Shown in pieces: positions 45,936-57,304 of a stretch of 64,000 nt of DNA. Both the position numbers and the translations under genes were made by a program. This DNA is from a virus (taxonomy: Duplodnaviria > Heunggongvirae > Uroviricota > Caudoviricetes), in the IMG/VR virus record IMGVR_UViG_3300024270_000011. One strand, given 5' to 3'. The notes under the pieces were generated by a model that did not search any database, was not told the DNA's origin, and saw only the letters and a list, made by a program, of their open reading frames with translations. The first letter of the stretch is position 1. Each line of letters begins with the position of its first letter.

Positions 45936-47216
45936 ATGTCTTTATTTAGAAATATTATGTATGCAAATGCTCCAATCTTAAAAAAACAGACTGAATTTTT
46001 TGGAGAATATTCCTATTTAAATCGTTTTAGTGATATCCCAGATGCAAATGCAATACATGATTATCAATTAAAGAAGTTGATGGATTTCCAAGCTTCTGCT
46101 ATTAAAGAAGAAAGTAAAACCAGACAATTAAATTGGTTTTTAATGTATAATGGAAATCTTAGTACCAGTTCGGAACCTTATGACCAAATTGTTTATAATA
46201 GTGTTAACGAACTTTTTCAGCGAGTTAATATTTTAATTGGGTCTGGTGTAATGAGTCAAGAATCTCGTGGTAATATTGCTCAAAATGAACAATTAGCAGC
46301 AAAAATTGTAACTCAACTTCAAGGACTTGGTAAAGAATTAAATAAATTGCGCAAACAAGCTAATATGACTATTAGTAGTACGTATATTGACCAATTAGAT
46401 GCTCTTATCAAGCAATTGCCACAAGGAAATTTGGATACTGTATTAAGAACTTTGTACCATCTTAAAGGCGATATTTTAGAAGAAGTTGGTGTAGAATGGT
46501 TAAATAAAAGAATGCCAACTAATATGAGAGTAAATACCAGAGCCTATTCTACTGGCGCAATTAGAGGTCGTGGTGGCCAGATGATTCAAGATATTTTAGT
46601 TATGGACATGGATAAAGTGAATATTAAATCAGATGTGGAAATTGATTTTACATTAGATGGGAAACCTTATTCCATGCCAATTAAAGATTTTCTCCACATG
46701 ATTGAAAAATATAGCGGGCATAAACAAATATCTATTAGTAGTGAAGCAGAAGACATTTTAACAGAAGTTAGTGTCATGGGCATCCAGGCAAAGTCTGGTT
46801 ATAATCAGCTCCCTTGGAATGTCAGCTCAAAGAACACTCATGTTTCTATCGGAGAAGCTCAAAGTGCAGGAGATTCCAGAGTAAGTCGATATATTGATTT
46901 TTTAAATGGTGTACAAGGACTTTATAGGTCCTGGGACGCTGCAGAAAAAAATATTAAAAAACAAACCCAAGAGTACACTGCAATGGCAAATTATTGCTTG
47001 GCAACTCAATTAAGTAAAGTATTACATTTGTCTCAATTGGGGAATCAATATGTTTTAACTCCAAATGGTTTTATGCCTTTTGTGACTCGTATTATTGAAT
47101 TATATGAAAAAGCGGGAAGTGGCAAATATTTTTTCTCATTTAAAGGTAGAATCCAAATGGAAAAACAGGGCGATATTGTTACAAAGTCGCGCCCAGTTAC
47201 GATATCAGGATATTAA
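45936..47216 (+). CDS. Hypothetical protein, possible PD-(D/E)xK/Mrr-like fold
   Basis: KGDILEE...IQDIL...GIQAKS. Confidence 0.45.
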   Translation: MSLFRNIMYANAPILKKQTEFFGEYSYLNRFSDIPDANAIHDYQLKKLMDFQASAIKEESKTRQLNWFLMYNGNLSTSSEPYDQIVYNSVNELFQRVNILIGSGVMSQESRGNIAQNEQLAAKIVTQLQGLGKELNKLRKQANMTISSTYIDQLDALIKQLPQGNLDTVLRTLYHLKGDILEEVGVEWLNKRMPTNMRVNTRAYSTGAIRGRGGQMIQDILVMDMDKVNIKSDVEIDFTLDGKPYSMPIKDFLHMIEKYSGHKQISISSEAEDILTEVSVMGIQAKSGYNQLPWNVSSKNTHVSIGEAQSAGDSRVSRYIDFLNGVQGLYRSWDAAEKNIKKQTQEYTAMANYCLATQLSKVLHLSQLGNQYVLTPNGFMPFVTRIIELYEKAGSGKYFFSFKGRIQMEKQGDIVTKSRPVTISGY

Positions 47217-47218
47217 AC

Positions 47219-47247
47219 TTGACAAAAGAAAAATTTTCTGGTATAAT
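47219..47247 (+). promoter_or_regulatory. sigmaA promoter inside the tail module
   Basis: TTGACA-N17-TATAAT with TG. Confidence 0.8.
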
Positions 47248-47278
47248 ATTTATAAAGAGAGTTAAGGGAGGCTATATT

Positions 47279-47803
47279 ATGGCGAAAGTTAGTTTTAATA
47301 AAATGGCTTTAAAAGTAAATACTGAAACTTGCAATTTTGCTTTTAAAGATATGGAAATTGAAGTTAAACAGTATCTTCCAGTTAATGAAAAATTAGAGTT
47401 AATTAGTTCTGTTATTAATAATAGTACTGATGATATGAATTTTTATAATGTTGGCAAGCTTGAAATTTTCTTAACTTTGGAGATAATGTATCATTATACA
47501 AATATTAATTTTACAGACACTCAAAAGAAAGACGTTTGTAAATTATACGATACAATCGTATCTTCTGGTTTATATCAAGAAGTGATTGAAAGACTTCCTA
47601 AAGGAGAATATGATTATTTAAAGAATACTTTGATGGATACTGTGCAAAGTATTTATACATATCATAATTCTATTATGGGTATCTTGGAAAGAGTTTCTGC
47701 AGATTATTCTAATTTGAGTTTGGAAGCTTCTGAAATTCAAAAGAATTTAGCAGACCCTGATAATATGACCTTATTAAAGGATGTTTTAACCAAATTAGGC
47801 TAA
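47279..47803 (+). CDS. Putative tail assembly chaperone
   Basis: 174 aa from ATG 47279, directly before the tape measure gene. Confidence 0.5.
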   Translation: MAKVSFNKMALKVNTETCNFAFKDMEIEVKQYLPVNEKLELISSVINNSTDDMNFYNVGKLEIFLTLEIMYHYTNINFTDTQKKDVCKLYDTIVSSGLYQEVIERLPKGEYDYLKNTLMDTVQSIYTYHNSIMGILERVSADYSNLSLEASEIQKNLADPDNMTLLKDVLTKLG

Positions 47804-47838
47804 TCCTATTATTATGAGTTTTAAAGATAAATAGGAGT

Positions 47839-47885
47839 AATGGTGGTGGAGTATATTTCCTAATACTCCACCACCATTTTTTTTA
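47839..47885 (+). terminator. Intrinsic terminator before the tape measure gene
   Basis: AATGGTGGTGGAGTA/TACTCCACCACCATT then T-tract. Confidence 0.85.
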
Positions 47886-47929
47886 TTTGCAAATAAAAAA
47901 AATAAGGAGAGAAAGGAGCAAATAAAGAC

Positions 47930-50900
47930 ATGGCTAAACAATTAAATGTAAGTCTTGCGTTTACTGCTGATACTGGTAAAGCAAAGGCGCAATTACAAGA
48001 TTTACAAAATCAGCTTGATAAGTTGATTAGTGGTGGCGGTTTAGGTGGAAAAAGAACTGATTTTATTTTAACCAGAGAGCTTCAACAAGCTACAACTGCC
48101 GCAGCAACTTTAAAGACTAATTTACAGGCGGCTATAGATGTAAATACTGGTAAGTTAGATTTATCTAAATTCCAAGCTCAAATGAATAAGAGTAAAATGT
48201 CTTTAGAGGAATATAGAAATCAGCTGGTAGCTCTTGGTCCTGATGGAGCAAAAGCATTTGCTTCTTTGGCTGATTCCATATACAATGCGGACGTTGTTTT
48301 AAAGCGTTCCAACAGGTTGTTAACAGAAATGAAAACAACCTTGATGAATACTGCTCGTTGGCAATTATCATCCAGCATGTTGCATGGTTTTATGGGAGCG
48401 GTTCAAGGTGCTTTTGGTTATGCAAAAGATTTAAATGAGTCATTAAATAATATCCGTATTGTTACGGGTCAAAATATTGACCAAATGGCAAAATTTGCAG
48501 AAGAAGCAAATAAAGCAGCTAAGGCTTTAAGTACTACAACCACTAATTATACTAATGCTTCTTTAATTTACTATCAACAGGGTTTGGATGGTCAAGCAGT
48601 AAAAGACCGTGCTGATATTACAATTAAACTTGCAAATGTTGCTAAAATTAGTGCAGAGACAGCTTCCGACCAATTAACAGCTATTTGGAATAACTTTGCT
48701 AAAGGGTCTGAAAATCTTGAACATTTTGCTGATGTTCTTGTAAAATTAGGTGCAGAAACTGCATCAAGTTCAGATGAAATTTCTGCAGGTTTAGAGAAAT
48801 TTGCTGCTATTGGAGATACTGTTGGATTAAGTTTTAATAATGCAGCAGCTGCACTGGCCACTGTTACAGCAACAACTCGTCAAAGTGCAGATGTTGTTGG
48901 TACTGCATTTAAAACCATTTTTGCACGTATCCAAGGCTTAAATCTTGGAGAAACTTTAGAGGATGGCACAACTTTAAATAAATATTCTGAAGCTTTAAGT
49001 AGAGTTGGCATTAATATTAAAGACCAAAGTGGCGAATTAAAAACTATGGATGCTCTGTTAGAGGAAATGGGTACTAAATGGCAGACATTAAATAGAGACC
49101 AACAGACTGCTTTGGCGCAAACAGTTGCTGGTGTCCGTCAATATACTCAATTGATGGCATTAATGAATAACTGGGATTTTTATAAACAAAATTTAAATAC
49201 TGCGGCTAATGCAGATGGCGCTCTTGATGAACAGCAGAAGATTTATGAAGAATCTTGGGAAGCCGCTCATAAAAGAGTCCAAGCAGCAGCTCAAACTATT
49301 TATTCAGAGTTAATTGATGATGAATTTTTTATTACTCTTTTAGATGGTTTTAAAGAAATTCTTGAATATGTAGACCATTTTATTGATGCTCTTGGTGGAT
49401 TAAAGGGTGTTTTATCAGTAGTTGGTACTTTATTGATTAAATCTTTTAGTAATGAAATTGCTTCAAAGATTGATAATATTGGAATGGCTATTCGTCGTAC
49501 TGCAGGTGGAGAGTCTGCGAGTGCAATTGCTATGAAGAAAAAGGCTGTTGGATTAACTGCCAATATGGGTTCTGATTCTGATACCAACGAAGGTATGGCC
49601 ATGAATGAGGCTTATAATGCTCGCCAACAAGCTCAGACTTTAATGCTTAATAATGCTAATCGTTTAAGCGAAGCTGAAAAAAGTACTTTACAAATCCTCA
49701 TGGATGGTAATAAAGCACTTGGTGAACAAGTTATTCTTCAGGGAAAATTAGCTGATGAAGCTGCTCGAGAAGCAGATAATCAAGAGCGTTCTTTGAAATT
49801 AAAACATAAAACTTTAAATGGTAAAACCAATAGCAAAAAAGTAACCTCTTATAAAGAGGGTATGCAAGATGTTGGTAAAGCTGAAAGTATTAGTGGGGCT
49901 ATTTCAAACGCAACGAAATCTCTTTCTACAGGAAAAACAAAAGGCTCTGGACTTGATGGATTGCTTGAAAATGCAAAAAATTTACAAACTACATTAGGAA
50001 CCATTTCAAGTAATCCTATTTTTAAGGGTAATAGTAATGTAGAAAAAACTTCTAAGTCTGTTGAAACTTTACATAGAAAACTTACTGAAATTGCAGGAAA
50101 AGATATTATAAGTCAGCAAGATGTAGATGATTTAACCAGAATGGCACAACAAGCAGACCAAATGGTTGCCGATCTTTCTATGGATATGCAAGAAAATGGT
50201 GCTGAAGATATTATAAAATCAGCAGGTTTAAAAGCTGGCGGAAAACAATCTCAAGATTTACAAAATCTTGGAGAAACTGCTCGCGATGCAGGTTTGAAAG
50301 CAGGTCAAGCTTCTGTTGGTATGACTACCCTTGGTCAAAGTGTTAAGACTATGGGCGATTATGTTGATGGAGCTCAGGGAAAAGTAATGACTTTAGGTCA
50401 AAAAATCACTGCAGCGGCGCAGACAGTTACTACCACCATTATGGTATTTAATATGCTCAAAGGAGCTATTGATACTATTAAAGACCCAGAAATGACTGGA
50501 TGGGAAAAATTCTTATCTATTATGGGAACTGTAGCAATGGCTATCCCAATGGTTGTTTCTACTGTTACCGCTTTAGCTCCGGCGTTTATGGGAGCTGGTG
50601 CTGCTGGTATGACTGGTGGTACAATGATGGGTGCTGGCATGACTGCAGCAATGGGTCCAATTGGTTGGATTATTGCCGCTGTTACTGCTTTGATTGCTTT
50701 GTTTGTTGGATTAGCAATTGCAGCAGAACAAAACAGTCCAGAAGCACAGTTAGCTAAAACTGCTAAGACAGCAGAAGAATTATCTGAGAATCTTGAAGAA
50801 GTTCGCAAAGAAGCCCAAGAAATTAAAGATACTTTTGATAAGTATGATAGTTTAATTGATAAATTAAACAATTGTGCGAAGGGTACTAAAGAGTGGTATG

Positions 50901-53900
50901 AAGCTCTTGAAGAAGTCAATAATTGTGCTTTAGATTTATTAGAAAAATATCCAGATTTAGCAAAATATGAAGGTCTTTTCACAAGAAAAGACGGAATGTT
51001 AACAATTGACCCCAATGTAGTTGAAAATATAATTAAAGATTTAGACAATCAAGTAAATAGTGCGACCGCAGCGGCTTTGTTATCAAGCGCTGATGTAGCG
51101 CAGAAGAAAGCTGATAATTTAACAGCTGAAACTCGCTCAAGTATTGGCTCTTTCATTGGTACTGATTATACAATGGTTGGACAGGGTAGAGAAGCACATC
51201 GTCAATACGAAACTGTAAAAGCAGGGGAAATTTTAGTAGAACATGCTGAAGAATTAGCAAATTTAACTGAAAAAGAATACGAAACTAAAATTAAAGCTCT
51301 CGTAGATCAAGCAGCCAAAGATGTTTCAATGACTGAAGAGCAATATCAAAATATGATTAAAGCTTTAATGGAAGACCAAGAAGCTATTAATCAACTTGTA
51401 AGAGCTACTCAGAATGCCGCAACTCAAATGGATAATGCCACTTTAGCTTTAGCAAATCAAACTTTAGCGAATAAAGGTTATGAAAATGCAGAAGTTATGA
51501 TGGCATCTATGGGTCTTGAGTCTCAATATCAAACCATTTATGATGAAATTATCACAAAAGGTAGAGCGGATTGGCAATCTGAGGGCACTACAACTAATTC
51601 TAAGGATATTTGGAAACGTTTTGAAGAAGCTACCGGAAAAGATTATCAAGAAATTGATAATACTGTACAAGGTAGCGCGGCTAATCGTGTATATGCTTAT
51701 AAAGATGACGCTGGTAAAGAACAAACCTTTTCATTAGAATATATGGCAAAAACAATTGCTGCACATGAAGCTTTGCAAGACTTAGAAATGAGTGCAAAAG
51801 AAGCTGGTGAAGCGCTTGTAAATGTTGAGCAAGTTAATAGACAATATGCTGAAACCATGGAAGGCCTTGATGCTGATGCTATAACAGCTGGAGTAAAAGA
51901 TTGGGTTACTACTGGTAGTTTTGGTGATATGACAGAGGCTGATTTCGCAGGTCTCCAAGATGTTGTCGAGGGTGCAGGCGGAGTTGATGCTTATTTACAG
52001 CAAGCTTTTGGTATGTCTGCAGATGAACTTGCAGTTGCTTTTGGTGATGATTATGTAGATAGATTTACCAATAGCATGACAAATTATACTGATGATTTAA
52101 GTGAAGTTGGCAAAGATTTATTAGAGAAGGCTCAAGTTGAATTAACTGCATTAGATACTTCTAAATTAACTCTTAATCAGAAAAATGCTGTAGGAGAAAT
52201 GATTAATGCAGCTATTGTTAATACAGGAAGTGCTGACGCTTTTACTAATTTATTTAATCAAATTCCAGTAGAACAAACTGATGAATTTGCAGAAGTTTTA
52301 AGTAATGTTGATTGGCAAACCACCGATATTAATCAATTAAAAGATTCTTTATATGAAGCAGGAATTAGTACAGTAGGTTTTGATGATGAATTACAAAATC
52401 TTATTGATACTATGGATAATTCTGGTATTCAAGCTGCAGCATCTCTTGGCGCGAGTTATAAAAATTTAACTGATATTACTGAAGGATTACAAACTGGAGA
52501 TACAATTTCTGCTGAAGATTATGGTAAATTGGACGAAGGAATGCAACGTTATTTTACCATGATGATGGATGGCACTTATGCGCTTACTGGTTCTGCTCAA
52601 GAATTCCAAGAATTAGTACATAAACAAGGAATTGCATCTTATCAAGAAAATATTCAAAAACTTGGAGAACAAGCAGCAGGCTATAATAGAATTAAAGGTT
52701 ATGATATTGATGCTTTAAAAGATGCTCAATATGAAAAAGGTGAAGGGTATAGTAGTTCTGGAGTAAAACAGCAGTTAGATATTCTTGACGTATTGGGCTA
52801 TGACCCAGAGCAGCTTGCAAAATGGCGCGAAGATGCATCAGATTTTAATATGAGCCATGAAAATCTTGATGCAATTACTGCGGCTGTCCAAGGGTATAGT
52901 CATGAATTAGAAAATCTTGATGTACTTATTGAAGAAAATAAACAAGCGGTATTTGGACAGGAAATGGCAATTGCTATGTCTTATCAGTCATTATCAGATT
53001 TGACTAAGGCATATGAAGAAGGCGTTGTTTCAGTCCAAGCTTATAATACTGCGGCGATTGCTCTTAATGAAAAAGAAGATTTAGAAGGTCTTGATACAGA
53101 AGAACTTGAAGAATACGCTGAGTATTTACAGGAAATTTGTGATGAATCTGAAGAATTAAGCAGTGAGTTAGATGATAATGATGAAGCAGCTCGAGATGTG
53201 GCAAAAACTATTCTGAAAATGAATAAAGGAATAGAGGCTCTTGCTGAAGGATATGATGATTGGGCTGATGTTATTAAAAATAGCTCAAAAGAAAGTGAAG
53301 AATATTGTGATGCTGTAAATGGTATGCGCGATGCACTTTCTGACGTATTGGACGTAAGTGAAGATTATATTTCCAGTGATTTTATGGCAGGTCATTTGGA
53401 AGATATTAAACTTGCCGCAGAAGGTAATGCAGATGCTATTGATAGATTAAAAGCTGCTTTAGCAGACCAAATTATTCTTGATATTGTCGGCGTTGATAAA
53501 TTTGCAGATTTACCAAGTGGATTGCAGACTGCAATTAATGAAATGCAATCAATTATCAGTTCTACTTCTTTAAAAGTTGGCGACACTTTAGATATGAGTG
53601 TTGATGATACTGGTTTCATTGAAGCTTGTAACGAAATTATTAAAAATGCAAATATGACCGCTGACCAAGCCAACGCTTATTTTGATGCTCTTGGCTTTGA
53701 AACTAATTTTGTAACTGAACCTCAATTACAGACTCAGCGAGTTCCAGAGTATGTAACTGAAACAATTGATGAAGGTAGTACAACAGTTACTTTAGCTGAT
53801 GGAACGGAAGTTCCAATGGTTAGAACTCGAACCAGAACTTATCAGGATGGATATTATGAAGCTGAAGGCATGGTTGATGCTATTGCAATGGCAACCAGTA

Positions 53901-56900
53901 CTGATGGTTCTACTCAAGTACCTCAAATTCAATCTATTACAAAGAAGCCAAGTGGTTCTTCTAATAATTATTCGTCTAAAAACTCTGGTGGCGCTAAGAG
54001 TCCTGGTAGTAAAGGTGGAGGCGGCGGAGATAAAAAAGCGAAGAAAGAAAGCAAAAAATCCGCAAAAACTGAAACTGAAAGATATCATGTTATTGAAAAT
54101 CAATTAGAAAATTTAAAAAGTCAATATGATGAAATTTCTAAGGCTAAAGACAGAGCATTTGGTAAAGCTAAACTTGCTTTAATGGATAAAGAAATTGCGA
54201 AGCAAAAAGAAATTATTGCGAAGCAAAAAGAATATCTTAGTCAAGCAGAAAAGAATTTAAGTACAGATGCAGCAGCTCTTGGCAAATATAATGCTACCAT
54301 AGTTGATGGCGTAGTTACAAATTATGACTCAATGGTAGCAGCTCAAGTGCAGAAATATAATGATGCCGTTGAGAAATATAACGCTTTAAGTGCTGAGGCT
54401 CAAGAAAAATTAGATGAAGAATGGTCTAATAAGAAAGATGAAAATGGTCAATATTATAATAGCTATTTAGATTATTACGAGCGCGAATATGAAAATTTCA
54501 CTGAAGCATTATCACAATATGAAGAAACTCAAGATTTAGTTCGAGATAAGCAACAAGAAATTATTGATGCGCAGAATGAATTATATGATTTGCAATTAGA
54601 GAAAATTGACTATAAAGTTCAAGTACAAATTGATATTGAGGATGACGAATTACAATATTTAGAGTATATGCTTGAAAGAATTGAAAATAAGGCATTTAGC
54701 GCAGCCGAAGCTATTGCAAATCTTGGTCAGCAAACTCAAAGCTACATGACTAAAAATCAGGTTTATGAACAGGGCGTTAAAGACATTTTTGCTAATCATG
54801 GTTTAACAAATGAAGATTTTAATAAGTTTAAAGCCGGTGACGAAGCTACTTTGGCAAAACTTGGTCAAATGGAGTTTACTGATGATGAAGTTCAAACTCT
54901 TCGTGATTATACTTCAAGTTTAATTGACACTAATCAATCTTTAATTGAAACTCGTCAAGCGGTTCATGATAAACTCCTTTCTGCTTTTGAGGAAATGAAC
55001 GAAGAACTTGATAAGGGTATTGATAAGTTAGAAGCTTTATCAGAAATGACTGAATCTTATCGAACAATTGTTGACTTGGTTGGTAAAGCTAATTTTGCAG
55101 GTGGAAATGAAACTATTGCAGAAATTAATAAGGCAACTGTTGCTCAAGCAAAAAATATCGCTCAAGCAAAAATCGCTAAGAGAGATGCGCTTGCCGCAGA
55201 TATTGAATATGCAGAAAAGCAATACGCCCTTCAGAAAGATAATATTTCTGAAGAAGAGCGTAAGATGTGGGAAGATTCTATTGCTGAAATGAAAGTTCAA
55301 TTAACTGAAGCTAAGCAAGAGGCAAGAGATTCCATTACCGATTGGATGGAAGAGATTAATAAAGACTTCCAAGATTCCATTACTGCGGCCCTTGATAAAT
55401 TTTCTGAAACGGTAGCAGGTCGTTTCAGTAGTATTGCTGAACTTTCTGATGCTTTTGGTAGAGCACAAACTAAGAATGATAGATACCTGGAAGATTATCA
55501 GAAGATTTATGAGTTTAGTAAATTAACTCGTGATATTGAAAAATCCATAGATGATACTGATAATATAAGAGCAAAGAAAGAGCTAAGAAAACTTCTTGAA
55601 GAAATTAATGAAATTGAAGAGTCTGGTGCTCAAGTAAGTGAATATCAAGTTGAAAATCTCCGTAAGCAATTTGAACTTAAACAAGCTGAATTGGCTTTGG
55701 AAGAAGTTAAAGATGCTAAGAGTCAAGTTCGTATGACTCGCGACAACAATGGTAACTGGGGATACGTTTATACTGCTAATGACCAGGATGTAGCAGCAGC
55801 TGAGCAGTCTTATGAAGATAAGCTTTATGAACTTCAAGAGCATAACGCTGAATATATCAATCAGCTCCAAGAAAGTATTATTACAATGCAACAAGAGATG
55901 GCTGATAAGTTAGCTGAAATTGCGGCTGACGAGGCGTTAAGTATTGAAGAACGTCAAGCTAAGATGGATGAAGTTCGCAGATTCTATCAAGAGCAAATGG
56001 GTTATTATAATTCTGAGTTAAATTTAGCTTTGAATAATAATAAAACACTGTACGAAGACGATTGGATGGCATATTCTGAAAGAACTGGATATAAAATTTC
56101 TGCTGATGAAGATTATGTTGATAGCTTTGAAGAGACTGATTATGCAATTTTAACTGGTTTCCAGAATATGGAGCAGTCTCAGTTGGCATTTAACCAAGCA
56201 TCTCAAACCATGTTGGACGAGTCTAATATAGCTTTTATCACCTGGAAAGACCAGATGAAAGATGCTTTGGATGAGGCCGATTTAAATTTTGATACTTTGA
56301 AAGAAGATATTAAAGAAGACCTTGGTGAAATTGTTGAAGAGTCTAATACAACTACTGAAGAGATTAAAGAGGATGCAAAAGAAATGGTTGAGGATTACCA
56401 AACAGTTGTAGATGCAATTGTTGAATGGGAAACTCAATATAGCACTTCTGTTGAGCAAATGATTATTGAAAGCGATAAAATTATTACTAAATTCAATGAA
56501 GTACTTAGGCTTTGGGGAGAAGTGAAAAGCGCTGCTGAACAAGGTGTACCTGAACCTCCAAGCAGTAGTGAAACTCCAAGTAGCACCCCTTCTGGAAGCC
56601 CTGATAGTGGTGACGATGGGATGCCACCTGATAACTCAAGTAAAGCTGAGGGTGTTGCGGCAGCCATCTGGATGGACGGCGGTGCGGCGTCTGGTTGGTA
56701 TAATGGTAGCGACAGACGTTCTCGTTTGGCTGAAAAGGGTGTTACTGCAGCACAGGCTTACATCAATGCACATGGTCCAAATGGTGACATTTATAGAACA
56801 TGGGCAAGTAAGCGTGGTCAGTTAAGAAACTTCTACTATGGCTCATTTGATACTGGTGGTTACACTGGTGAGTGGGGTTCAGAAGGACGTTTCGCAATGC

Positions 56901-57187
56901 TCCATGAAAAAGAACTCGTTCTTAATCCAGCGGACACTGAAAACTTACTTTCTGCTGTTAACTTAATCCGTGAGATTAGCTCAATCATTGATTTGAATGC
57001 AATGAGTGCAAGCCTCGGATTGACCAGCTTGTTAGGTATCGGTAAGATCGGAACCTCAAGAGAATCTCTTGAGCAAACCGTTACTATTCATGCTGAGTTC
57101 CCAGGAGTTACAGATAGAAATGAGATTGAAGAAGCATTTAGTAATCTTATTAACACAGCTTCTCAATACGCAAACCGTAAATCTTAA
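47930..57187 (+). CDS. Tail tape measure protein
   Basis: 3085 aa, Ala/Gln-rich coiled coils, TP901-like core (SSDEISAGLEKFAA...QSADVVGTAFKTIFAR), TM-like segment, C-terminal FDTGGYTG...LHEKELVLN. Confidence 0.93.
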   Translation: MAKQLNVSLAFTADTGKAKAQLQDLQNQLDKLISGGGLGGKRTDFILTRELQQATTAAATLKTNLQAAIDVNTGKLDLSKFQAQMNKSKMSLEEYRNQLVALGPDGAKAFASLADSIYNADVVLKRSNRLLTEMKTTLMNTARWQLSSSMLHGFMGAVQGAFGYAKDLNESLNNIRIVTGQNIDQMAKFAEEANKAAKALSTTTTNYTNASLIYYQQGLDGQAVKDRADITIKLANVAKISAETASDQLTAIWNNFAKGSENLEHFADVLVKLGAETASSSDEISAGLEKFAAIGDTVGLSFNNAAAALATVTATTRQSADVVGTAFKTIFARIQGLNLGETLEDGTTLNKYSEALSRVGINIKDQSGELKTMDALLEEMGTKWQTLNRDQQTALAQTVAGVRQYTQLMALMNNWDFYKQNLNTAANADGALDEQQKIYEESWEAAHKRVQAAAQTIYSELIDDEFFITLLDGFKEILEYVDHFIDALGGLKGVLSVVGTLLIKSFSNEIASKIDNIGMAIRRTAGGESASAIAMKKKAVGLTANMGSDSDTNEGMAMNEAYNARQQAQTLMLNNANRLSEAEKSTLQILMDGNKALGEQVILQGKLADEAAREADNQERSLKLKHKTLNGKTNSKKVTSYKEGMQDVGKAESISGAISNATKSLSTGKTKGSGLDGLLENAKNLQTTLGTISSNPIFKGNSNVEKTSKSVETLHRKLTEIAGKDIISQQDVDDLTRMAQQADQMVADLSMDMQENGAEDIIKSAGLKAGGKQSQDLQNLGETARDAGLKAGQASVGMTTLGQSVKTMGDYVDGAQGKVMTLGQKITAAAQTVTTTIMVFNMLKGAIDTIKDPEMTGWEKFLSIMGTVAMAIPMVVSTVTALAPAFMGAGAAGMTGGTMMGAGMTAAMGPIGWIIAAVTALIALFVGLAIAAEQNSPEAQLAKTAKTAEELSENLEEVRKEAQEIKDTFDKYDSLIDKLNNCAKGTKEWYEALEEVNNCALDLLEKYPDLAKYEGLFTRKDGMLTIDPNVVENIIKDLDNQVNSATAAALLSSADVAQKKADNLTAETRSSIGSFIGTDYTMVGQGREAHRQYETVKAGEILVEHAEELANLTEKEYETKIKALVDQAAKDVSMTEEQYQNMIKALMEDQEAINQLVRATQNAATQMDNATLALANQTLANKGYENAEVMMASMGLESQYQTIYDEIITKGRADWQSEGTTTNSKDIWKRFEEATGKDYQEIDNTVQGSAANRVYAYKDDAGKEQTFSLEYMAKTIAAHEALQDLEMSAKEAGEALVNVEQVNRQYAETMEGLDADAITAGVKDWVTTGSFGDMTEADFAGLQDVVEGAGGVDAYLQQAFGMSADELAVAFGDDYVDRFTNSMTNYTDDLSEVGKDLLEKAQVELTALDTSKLTLNQKNAVGEMINAAIVNTGSADAFTNLFNQIPVEQTDEFAEVLSNVDWQTTDINQLKDSLYEAGISTVGFDDELQNLIDTMDNSGIQAAASLGASYKNLTDITEGLQTGDTISAEDYGKLDEGMQRYFTMMMDGTYALTGSAQEFQELVHKQGIASYQENIQKLGEQAAGYNRIKGYDIDALKDAQYEKGEGYSSSGVKQQLDILDVLGYDPEQLAKWREDASDFNMSHENLDAITAAVQGYSHELENLDVLIEENKQAVFGQEMAIAMSYQSLSDLTKAYEEGVVSVQAYNTAAIALNEKEDLEGLDTEELEEYAEYLQEICDESEELSSELDDNDEAARDVAKTILKMNKGIEALAEGYDDWADVIKNSSKESEEYCDAVNGMRDALSDVLDVSEDYISSDFMAGHLEDIKLAAEGNADAIDRLKAALADQIILDIVGVDKFADLPSGLQTAINEMQSIISSTSLKVGDTLDMSVDDTGFIEACNEIIKNANMTADQANAYFDALGFETNFVTEPQLQTQRVPEYVTETIDEGSTTVTLADGTEVPMVRTRTRTYQDGYYEAEGMVDAIAMATSTDGSTQVPQIQSITKKPSGSSNNYSSKNSGGAKSPGSKGGGGGDKKAKKESKKSAKTETERYHVIENQLENLKSQYDEISKAKDRAFGKAKLALMDKEIAKQKEIIAKQKEYLSQAEKNLSTDAAALGKYNATIVDGVVTNYDSMVAAQVQKYNDAVEKYNALSAEAQEKLDEEWSNKKDENGQYYNSYLDYYEREYENFTEALSQYEETQDLVRDKQQEIIDAQNELYDLQLEKIDYKVQVQIDIEDDELQYLEYMLERIENKAFSAAEAIANLGQQTQSYMTKNQVYEQGVKDIFANHGLTNEDFNKFKAGDEATLAKLGQMEFTDDEVQTLRDYTSSLIDTNQSLIETRQAVHDKLLSAFEEMNEELDKGIDKLEALSEMTESYRTIVDLVGKANFAGGNETIAEINKATVAQAKNIAQAKIAKRDALAADIEYAEKQYALQKDNISEEERKMWEDSIAEMKVQLTEAKQEARDSITDWMEEINKDFQDSITAALDKFSETVAGRFSSIAELSDAFGRAQTKNDRYLEDYQKIYEFSKLTRDIEKSIDDTDNIRAKKELRKLLEEINEIEESGAQVSEYQVENLRKQFELKQAELALEEVKDAKSQVRMTRDNNGNWGYVYTANDQDVAAAEQSYEDKLYELQEHNAEYINQLQESIITMQQEMADKLAEIAADEALSIEERQAKMDEVRRFYQEQMGYYNSELNLALNNNKTLYEDDWMAYSERTGYKISADEDYVDSFEETDYAILTGFQNMEQSQLAFNQASQTMLDESNIAFITWKDQMKDALDEADLNFDTLKEDIKEDLGEIVEESNTTTEEIKEDAKEMVEDYQTVVDAIVEWETQYSTSVEQMIIESDKIITKFNEVLRLWGEVKSAAEQGVPEPPSSSETPSSTPSGSPDSGDDGMPPDNSSKAEGVAAAIWMDGGAASGWYNGSDRRSRLAEKGVTAAQAYINAHGPNGDIYRTWASKRGQLRNFYYGSFDTGGYTGEWGSEGRFAMLHEKELVLNPADTENLLSAVNLIREISSIIDLNAMSASLGLTSLLGIGKIGTSRESLEQTVTIHAEFPGVTDRNEIEEAFSNLINTASQYANRKS

Positions 57188-57194
57188 TTATAGA

Positions 57195-57226
57195 TGGGGG
57201 ATAGACTTCGGTCTATCCCCTTTTTC
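57195..57226 (+). terminator. Intrinsic terminator after the tape measure gene
   Basis: GGGGATAGAC-TTCG-GTCTATCCCC-TTTTT (cUUCGg loop). Confidence 0.9.
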
Positions 57227-57304
57227 TTATTTGGACAATTTGAACTAATAATTAAGATACAATTTTCAAAAATAATTAGAATGGAGAGAAAGGAGGCCAA
57301 ATAT

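Noticed and set aside
47700-47810. Programmed frameshift in the tail assembly chaperone
   Set aside because: No clear XXXYYYZ slippery site near the 3' end, and a terminator follows directly
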